From positions 19,530,001-19,594,000 of the forward strand of contig OZ193909.1 in NCBI GenBank assembly GCA_964276515.1: a stretch of DNA of 64,000 bases. Direction: 5' to 3'. Under the pieces are notes generated by a model. The model was not told the origin of the DNA. It saw nothing but the letters and a program-made list of their open reading frames with translations, and did no database searches. The position numbers and the translations under genes are program-made. Of this stretch, positions 49,661-64,000 are shown piece by piece. How positions within the stretch are numbered: the first letter of the stretch is position 1; each line of letters opens with the position of its first letter. The stretch is from Gordius albopunctatus. Taxonomy: Eukaryota.

Positions 49661-50559
49661 TTGATTATCGTTTTAATATAACTAACTAATTTTTCTCACT
49701 TAACTTAGTCATTTAATAACATTTTTAATTAACTTTTTTATGCCTCCCAGTTTAACCTATAGGTAACACCCATTTATTTACAAAACTAAGCATTCCTGAA
49801 TTTTCAAATTAAGTTATCTAGAGCATATTGGAATACCCCAAAAAACTTTTTAGGTTAGGGCAAACATTTGGTGGTACCTGTGGGGTCAATAAAAAAATCA
49901 CTGTAAAATAAGATAATTTAATAATACTTTTGTTAATTTGTTCGTTAAGAGTGTCTATATTTATAGGTCAGTGGAAAACTGTTAAACTAAAAAAATCTTT
50001 CGGCAGATAAAGTGCCTATTTATAGTTAATAATAAGCGTTCTGAGTTCAAACATTTTAAAACCCTATATATGTTGAAGCAGTACATAGAGAGGTGCCGTT
50101 ACTTACATATTGAGTGTATAAGAATTAATTCCTTCTAATATACATTTTAATTTTCACATAATGGCATATTGTTAATTACTAAGAACATGCGGAATTCAAT
50201 CTGCTAAATTATATGTTTTAAGATCACACATCTTTATTAAATTCACAAATAACCTTTTAAAACCTATTTTTTACAATTAATCAATGTTTAGCCTAATATA
50301 TGTATTACAGAATCAATAATACAATTGAAATTTAATAAAATTGACATTTTAAGAAGAAACAGGAATTTTGTGAGATTTTGTGAACATATTTTTAAATATG
50401 TTTCATTGTCCTAATCACTTTTCGATTTAAAGTAGTTATAGAAATTAAAATGTTAGTATATTTGTATCATATATTTAAGAACTTACATTAATGGGCTTTA
50501 GTATTTAGATCTTAAAAGCTTTAACTACGCCTTAGGTGAATGTAAAATGTAATTGCATA

Positions 50560-51442
50560 CATGGGCGTAGCCAGGTTTTGGGTTAGGGGGGGGGGGCAAA
50601 GAAATTTTCGCCATTTAGGGGGGGAGGGCAGCCACCCCCCACCCTGGCTACGCCTATGGAAATCATTTTAATACATGCTTAAGTATTAATGAGTGGCCAT
50701 ATAGTCGTGGATCGAAATTGTATTGGATTTTACAATTTCCGTACCAATTATTTTTCAAAACTATATTCCCATCAAGGTTAATATTCACGACATTCAATTA
50801 GTTTTGGATGTCTTTTAACTCAAATCATTTTTTTTTAAATAAAAAAATTAAATTTTTTAAAAGTTTTATCAATTAGTTGGTGGCTTTAGGATTAAGCTTT
50901 GAGGTCAAAAATTTTGTTTGGATCTTATAGACCGAAGAACTTAAAGAAGCATAAATCTTACAACGAAAAATAAGTTAGAGAATATCTAAAAAATTTAAAA
51001 AATTTATAATATAGGCAAAATAATTTATCTTTTTGAAAAAGTATCTTCTTAGTAAAACTAAAATAAAACAATTACTTTTATAATTAAAAATTTCAAAGTT
51101 ATGATAATTTACACATACCTTACTTCGGCATTGTGTTATGTTGCCCCAGCTTGTTAAATATGAAATTTTTAAACTTTCCCTACCAAAACAGTTTCTGTTC
51201 TGCATTTCTACTCTATCAAAAGGCACGCACCCTATCTTAAATTTTTACAAAAGTTTCTTTTCAACATATATATTATAATGGGCGTAGCCAGGATTGGAAT
51301 TAGAGGGGGGGCAAAAATGATTTACGGAGGGGTAAAATGAACATTTTTTTTAAATTTTAGCCATAATTTTAATATATTTCATCAAATTTTTTTATTTAGA
51401 GGGGGCAGCCGCCCCTCCCTGCCCCCCCCGGCTACACCCTTG
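50560..51442. mobile_element. Composite unit of two CATGGGCGTAGCC MITEs (50560-50658, 51277-51442) enclosing ~620 bp
   Basis: Perfect 8-bp TSD ATTGCATA at 50552-50559 and 51443-51450; inner flanks do not match. Confidence 0.75.
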
Positions 51443-51900
51443 ATTGCATAGGCTAATAATATCTTTATATTTCTGGAAAATAGGAAAAGTTAAGGATGCA
51501 TTCCTTGTGATCAATATTTTTGATATTTATCTATATATTTAAGAAATTTGCCTATAAAGAGCCGGGCCTACTTAGAGCTAGACCTGGTCAAAGCCCGTTC
51601 CATAAAGTAAGGTTTGTTTGCATTAAAAGTTAGACCTAGGATGTCAAAGTTACTATAGAGTTTAGTTGGAAATCATACAACTGCATTGTTATCCAGATAA
51701 CACAAATCCTAAAAGGCAATTTTAACACAAAATAAAATTTTTTTAACCTACTACTAAATCTGGAATTTTTTTGAATATATCTTAATATATCGTTGGAATA
51801 TGGAGAAATTTAGTGTGATCAGAAACACTAAAAGCACATATGACCTCGCAAAGTACCTTCAAGTCAAAATAATTTTATTAACACTTATTAAATTTTATTA

Positions 51901-57863
<5,963 letters not shown>

Positions 57864-58118
57864 ACAGTGCAACTCTACATACCCCCACCTTATACAAAAT
57901 TTTAAATCATTACAATTTCGCACAACTTAGTCTATCGCAATCGATCTTTTGCCTATTTCATATGGGGGTGAAATATATGTGAGTGATAAAATTTGTTTTC
58001 TTGCAACATGTTGGCCACCCATAACTTATATGATGTAATGCCATATTGTGGTAACTAAATTTTATAGTTTGTTGCGTTTTTACAATGTATCAATTCGTGT
58101 ATATCGATGAAGTGTCCT

Positions 58119-60555
58119 TTATTTGGTTTTGGATTTTTTGTCTAGGCCCTTTTTGCTTTGAACCGTGGATGGGGGCTTTGATGCTGTATCAACCTGTTTT
58201 GCAGCCGGACCAGCTGGAGGCAATTGAAGATTTGTCGAATTTTTTCCTGGTTCCTTAGCAGCACTAGTTTTAATTGGAGAATTTTTACTTTTAGCATCTT
58301 TAACTGATGATATTTTGTTTTCGGGCGATGGTCGCCCATCTTCTTCCTCCCCCTGATCTTCGTCCTCGCCCGTCTCTGATTCATTTTCTTCGTCATCTGA
58401 CTCCCCCACCATTGCCCTGGGAGTTATTGAAGGGGAAGGCGGTATTCGGAATTTTCCGGAAGATTCCGGAGACCTTCCAGCTCCTACGGCTAATTTAACC
58501 GAAGATCTCCCCAGTGTGATTCCATCTTCGTTCAGTCTTTTACGACTGGTTAAGTAGAAATTGAATTCTTCGTAGGGATTTTCATAAGCGAAATAGTATT
58601 CGTATGCTTTTAGGCTTGCTAATTCTGTACTGTCAGAAGGGACGGGCTTACTCGCTTTCTTACCACCCAAATGGCCTTTGTCGTAACCTGAACGGACCAT
58701 TTAGTATAAATGAAAAGGCAGACGATAAATCATATCCGTTATTATCGTTTGCTTTACTAATTTCGTAATCTAATTTAATGAAAAACTATATATTAGAGAT
58801 TTTTAAATGCTAACCACTCGCTCAAAATCCATGCTTTTTGCTATTCAAGTATTCCTTGTAAGTTAAATTTTTGATGGCGGGTAAAAATTTAAAAGCAATG
58901 ATAAATGGAGATCAGAGACAAGAAAGGCCTGCACTGTCCGCCCTCGGACCATTGTCAAAAAATTCAGATTTTCTGGCGGGCACCATAACAGATTTGGACT
59001 TAATGGTGCTTTTTAAAAATATTTATCATCTTTCTTTAATGTAATATTTTGTCCCTTTTTTATTTGATTGTATAATAGTTATTAATCGTAGTTTTAATCA
59101 AAAAATGGAAAATATAACGAAATTATTGCAAAAAATTAGAAAAATCATTTCGGGCAGAGCAGCTATAATGATTCGGGCATGGTCGGGTTGGCAATGAAAC
59201 TATAAAATTAGACCGGGTTCGGGTAGAAAAATTTGACCTCTGATGGTGATATTTGTCTTTATCGTATGCTTTTCACCTCTGAGTTTTACATTTATTAAGA
59301 GTATACATCAGATTTTCTCCTTAACACTTGAATTCGAGAATCCTGATCGGCTTGCTACCATCTAAATTATGCTGAACTATCAAGTATATATACCAATACC
59401 ATATCGAATTGCTTGCTTTTTACTTTGTATTTGATTCGTAAGTTATCATTCATATTTTATGAACTTTAAAAATGGCATATTTTTGATGAAATGCGAGCCA
59501 GTCCTTAGCCAAGCTTCCTAGTTATCTTGTCTAGAATTTAAACTGGAAAAAGGTTTTGCGACACTATACATTCATAGTCTTTATCAACGAAACGTAAAAC
59601 ATAAATTTTGTAGTTTCAATATAAGATATTGGAACTAGAAGGGGCAATAATGCTTTAGGGAAGGGCAATATCATAATTTTTTGAAATTTAAGCCATAACT
59701 ATACTAAATCTTTTAGGGTTTCTGGATTATGGGGGGGGGGGCATTCGCCCTTCACTGTCTCTTCTCGACTATCCTATGTATAACACCCATTATTACATTG
59801 TCCTCTCAGTGTAATCCAACCCCTCACCCACTAATCTAGTAAACTTATAAATCCTTGCGATTGAAGAAGCTATAACTATCAATTACCAGTGTACCTAGAC
59901 TGTCGTAATAATTTTTCCATATCCTGGCTCTCAGCAAGTATAATGTTAAGCACACCAGCAATACGATTAGAGTCAAAACGGCTGTTATCCAAATCCAAGT
60001 TTTATACTCGACCACCGCTCTCCTAGGACTACTAGGCTGTGACGTGGTAGTCGTGAGGTTTAAAGTAGTAGTTATATTACGATTTTCAATCGTAGTCGAA
60101 TTGATCTTTTGTTGGGGCCAACCGTAAGTTACGTTTACCGTTACAGAGCCTGTATTAAGATCGATCGGTATTAAAGGCGAATGAGCTTCTCCCGGCTCCA
60201 AATTACCCATAGTCGTTTCTTTGATCACGTGCGATGTGGTTTTTAAAGTTGGAGCTGATTTTTGACTATCACTGAAAGTCACTTTGAGTGTGCCGAGAGT
60301 ATTATTTGTAGTCCTAGACTCTAAGATAGTTTTGGGCAAGTTTGAAGTGACATTAGTGGTGGTTATTGTACTGTTCTCAATTGGACTAGAATGTGCAAAA
60401 CTTGTTGGAATGCTATCAGTGACGGTAGATGTGGGAAAAACTTGGCTGCTCTCTGAGACCCTCTCCTTTTCTGGTGAAGTTAGGGTCGCATTTGATACCG
60501 GTAATGTGGTAGATTGAGTCAGGGAAATGATTTGGTTGGTAGTTGTTTCTTCCAT
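58119..60555 (-). CDS. Mucin-like single-pass membrane protein (Thr/Ser-rich ectodomain, TM, low-complexity tail)
   Basis: Exon 59895-60555 (T/S-rich, N-x-S/T sites, TM WIWITAVLTLIVLLVCLTLYLL) can splice in phase to 58119-58687 (YEYYFAYENPYEEF, acidic run, Lys-rich end). 5' end and extra small exons unresolved. Confidence 0.72.
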
Positions 60556-61166
60556 TTTATAGTCTCACTGAAACATAAAGATTTTAAATGATTCTTTAAA
60601 ATTTTTATGATGTTTTAAAATAAAACTGTTTGTCGATAATGCTTTAAGCTGTATGATTAAGTGAGACTGCTTTAAAAGATAGCCTGGGTTAAACCACATT
60701 TTATTGAGAACAAACCTACTCAAAATGTTATAAACATCGATTACGAATGTCTAGCTTTCAATAAAAATTTGAATACAAAAAAATTGCATAGCAATTAATT
60801 AGAAAATTTTGAAACGCCGCATAATGTGAAGACTAAATATACTATATTACTCCATTTTTATAGTGGAGGTTTAAAAACCACTTCCTACTTCCACAATCAC
60901 AAATAGTCAAAATGCTTAGTATACTCGTTTATAAAACGGTATTTTGGATGTTATAAATCTTTTAAAAAATTTGCTAAGTTTGATAAATGCATAGAGACTT
61001 ACTCTTATTCCTTCCATTATTCAATAGTAATATATATAAACATTACAAATACATATTTATCAACAATCGCATATTATTAATATATTCTGGTTATATAAAC
61101 TCTACCAATGCTTCTTGATTGTTGCATACCTCAGAATTTTATAAAAGAAAGAACCCTTAGCAAATA

Positions 61167-61503
61167 CAGTAAAAACCGTTTAATTGCAAAGCCTTGGGCC
61201 TCAAAAAAGATCTCGATTAACTGATATTTCGCAATTAAAAGATGGGAAAAGAGAAAATATTAAATATATAAAGACAATAGTAAATATTCGTTTCTTACGC
61301 TTCGCAATAAAGCCATATTTTATATAATTGTATGGTTGATTTAAGGACTCGAAAATGTTTTTGAATATCCGATATTGTACTATTGAGCGAGTTGACAATA
61401 AACGATGTTTTTGTTAATATTATCGGTTGAAAAAAAATGGCGGTTAACTTCGCGATTAAAAGATTTCGCGATAATCCGATTTGCGATTAAGAAGTTTCGA
61501 CTG
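61167..61503. mobile_element. Tc1/mariner-pogo-type MITE
   Basis: Imperfect TIRs CAGTAAAAACCGTTTAATTGCAA / reverse complement CAGTCGAAACTTCTTAATCGCAA, flanked by TA. Confidence 0.5.
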
Positions 61504-62427
61504 TACATAGACTTGGTGGTTATTGATATTGACATGGGGTTGAGTGACAATCATTGATAATAGCACATATTCAACCAATCAATATGTTATAAAACAACTA
61601 AAATTTGATGTTCTTACTGTGGTATCCTACGTGCAATCTAACCCACACAGATTTAAGAAATGGTTTGTATTAGTGTTGTACAAACGGGTGGTTTTTGTTT
61701 AGTCGACCTTTGACTTTAGTCATAAAAGATTTTTGGTCAGTTTTTCTTATCCGCGAGACCAAATGTTTCTTGTCCAAACTTCCCTTTAGCCGCATTTATC
61801 GTTTTTATTACTTTTTGATATGTTTATGATTATCGTCTAACGCACATCTTGATCAAAGACCTAAATTGATGTCATGAGCCAAGAGGCGTACCATCTGGGC
61901 TTACCCTAACTACGCTACAATAACAAATTCCTTAACCTAATATAATAAATACGGATTTTCGCATTATCCATCACTTATATTCCTTTATAATGTTGGCATA
62001 AAATTCGCGGATTGAATAAACGTTACCCCGTTTATATTAATTGCTTTGCTGTTGTCCGTCCTTCTTGTCCAACAACTACATAAGGGCAAAATAAATATGA
62101 CGATAACATTTAAAAGGACGTGTATGACCCTGATATACATATTGCCCCGGTGTCGCCTAATTTAATTTTGTCCTGTCCTCCATTAACAAAATATTCCAGT
62201 CCAGAATATGGTTCAAGATTAAGCTGGGCTTGATTTGAAAATCAAATTTATTATACTAAATTTTTCCCAATAATTTGCAAGTTATTGATATTTGAAAAAC
62301 GCAAAGCTATTTTCGGAACTTTGACTTTTTAAAGACCTGATGTATAGGGGGAAAAACTAAAAATATAATTGTGTTCAATGTAAAAAACTCAATCAGAAAC
62401 TGCAAACAATTTGCGGGTTGAGTGTTA

Positions 62428-62862
62428 TACACGTGAAAAGATGTCGCCGCTTTTATTTTACCTATTACAGGTTTAATAGTAATTGCTTTTTTGTCACCGG
62501 ACTCCTTATCAGATGTTTCTAACTTTATTGAAGCAAACCCTCTTTCTACCCCTGTACACATCATGCCTGAATGGTATTTTTTATTTGCTTATAGTATCCT
62601 CCGTAGAGTCCCTAATAAACTAGGAGGTGTGATTGCTTTGTTTATAAGCCTTTTTATTTTACTTATCCTAATCTTAGGTAATAATAAAAATATCACGATC
62701 TACAATAAACCCCGACAAGTTATAGCAACAATCGCTTCTAGCTCATTTTTACTTCTCAGTTTTATTGGCTCCCAGGTAGTAGAAGAGCCCTTTTACACGT
62801 TAGGGCAGGTATTTAGTTTTATCTATTTCTTATCTTTTATTTGTCTATACATAATAGCCTAA
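62428..62862 (+). pseudogene. cob: Cytochrome b 3' portion (mitochondrial-derived)
   Basis: YT-TGA(W)-KD, ANPLSTPVHIMPEWYFLFAY, LR-AGA(S)-VPNKLGG; open in the invertebrate mitochondrial code up to TAA. Confidence 0.95.
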
Positions 62863-62917
62863 GATTAAATTTACAATTACCTTGAAAGTAATTTCGGGCC
62901 TTAAGGTCTTTAATCTA
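62862..62917 (+). tRNA. trnS2: Mitochondrial tRNA-Ser(UGA), D-armless
   Basis: Acceptor AGATTAAA/TTTAATCT; anticodon arm ATTAC-CT-TGA-AA-GTAAT; T arm GGCC-TTAA-GGTC. Confidence 0.88.
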
Positions 62918-62921
62918 AAAC

Positions 62922-62987
62922 AACCAGTTAGTATATATCTATTACGTAGGGGTTTCAGCTCTAAAATACTCATAAAAGTACCGGTTT
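62922..62987 (+). tRNA. trnE: Mitochondrial tRNA-Glu(UUC)
   Basis: Acceptor AACCAGT/ACCGGTT (1 mismatch); D arm GTA..TAC; anticodon arm TAGGG-GT-TTC-AG-CTCTA; T arm ACT..AGT. Confidence 0.8.
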
Positions 62988-62989
62988 TA

Positions 62990-64000
62990 ACCTACATCTA
63001 AAAAGTGTTAATAGACACCACCAATAAATTCTAAATTTAATGCACAATTATGCTATTTTAGAGTAATAAACAAAAACCGGTTCTTTCGTACTAGGTTTTC
63101 TTTTATAAAGATAGGAACCGATCTGGCTCTCGCCGATCTGAACTCAAGTCATGGATTATTTTAATTAGTCGAACATACTATATTAGTGAAATGCTACCTC
63201 CACCAGACATAATAACTCAACATCGAGGTCGCAAACAACATAAATCATAAGGTCTGTTTATGCTATAACGCTGTTAGCCCCAGGGTAACTTTTACCTTTT
63301 TCCAAACAATTTGGATCTTATTAAAATCTACAAGATTTATGGTTTATAAGTAGTTTCACATTTAGCCTAAGTTGCCCCAACTAACTAATATAATATTAGA
63401 AGCTCCTAGGGTCTTCCCTTCTTTTATTTGTTTCAAGTGTTTTCAATTGAAACACAATTTCAATTCTTTCTTTAAAAGGTACAAATAAGTAAAAGAATAA
63501 CCATTCATCCTAGCAATCAATTAAATTGCAAATGAGTATGCTACCTTCGCACGGTCAAATTACCGCGGCCATTTACATTTCATCATTGAGCAGGTTTCAC
63601 TAAAAATAAAATTCTTTTAGCTAAGTTTTTTTTAAACATTCTCTTACTTTTCGAGTTTACTATAAGAACCATGACAAAAAGAAATTTTTTTAAATATATA
63701 AATAAATTTTACTTATTATGCCATACTTGTAAACGGAAAAATTTTCGTTTCAGTGCTAAATTATAAACGCTTCTAATTTTATAAAACAATAGATGTTGAT
63801 TAATTTATAACAAACTACCTCAAAGGAACTCACATCCCTATAATAACACAAATTGCTTTGCACGAAACAGTCTTTCATGTAAAGCTCACCCTTACACGTT
63901 TAAAGCAAATTTTATTTGCCTTTAACTAAAAGTCAAAATAATAGCACAGCCAGCTATAGGTGAACGAAAAACATTTAACTTTTAAACTGTAATTTAAAAT
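62990..64000 (-). rRNA. rrnL: Mitochondrial large-subunit (16S) rRNA, 5' end beyond the window
   Basis: Reverse-complement conserved blocks CCGATCTGAACTCA, CAACATCGAGGTCGCAAAC, CGCTGTTAGCCCCAGGGTAACT and TATGCTACCTTCGCACGGTCA..TACCGCGGCC. Boundaries approximate. Confidence 0.93.

Larger units (their letters stand above)
62428..64000. other. Mitochondrial DNA segment (recent NUMT or assembly misjoin), runs off the window end
   Basis: Contiguous cob-trnS2-trnE-rrnL with an abrupt start inside cob. Confidence 0.93.

Noticed and set aside
62651..62690. Coding palindrome in cob, like those described in nematomorph mitogenomes
   Set aside because: Only a short, imperfect AT-rich hairpin; not a long perfect inverted repeat.

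Overview
AT-rich nuclear DNA from an invertebrate animal (spliceosomal GT-AG introns; the mitochondrial-derived segment uses the invertebrate code). Most of the window is transposable elements, many of them nested. They include a Helitron 3' end with a full-length CRE-like non-LTR element inserted in its minisatellite, three long RTE LINE copies plus fragments, a CsRn1-type Gypsy element, hAT elements and MITEs, a MULE remnant, a DIRS-like RNase H fragment and a solo LTR. Host genes: (i) a minus-strand multi-exon locus (~7.6-39 kb) encoding C-type lectin, 6-Cys EB-like and SEA-like modules, a TM helix and a Tyr-rich tail, probably two tandem paralogues; (ii) an intact 14-exon PMPCB (mitochondrial processing peptidase beta); (iii) a mucin-like single-pass membrane protein. 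The window ends in mitochondrial DNA (cob 3' part, trnS2, trnE, rrnL), either a recent NUMT or a misjoin. Most notable: one RTE family with two alternative 5' modules (a highly structured RNA versus a tRNA-derived head), a composite MITE-bounded unit with a perfect outer 8-bp TSD, and a ~200-nt identical patch between diverged RTE copies. Everything was read by eye; no searches were run.
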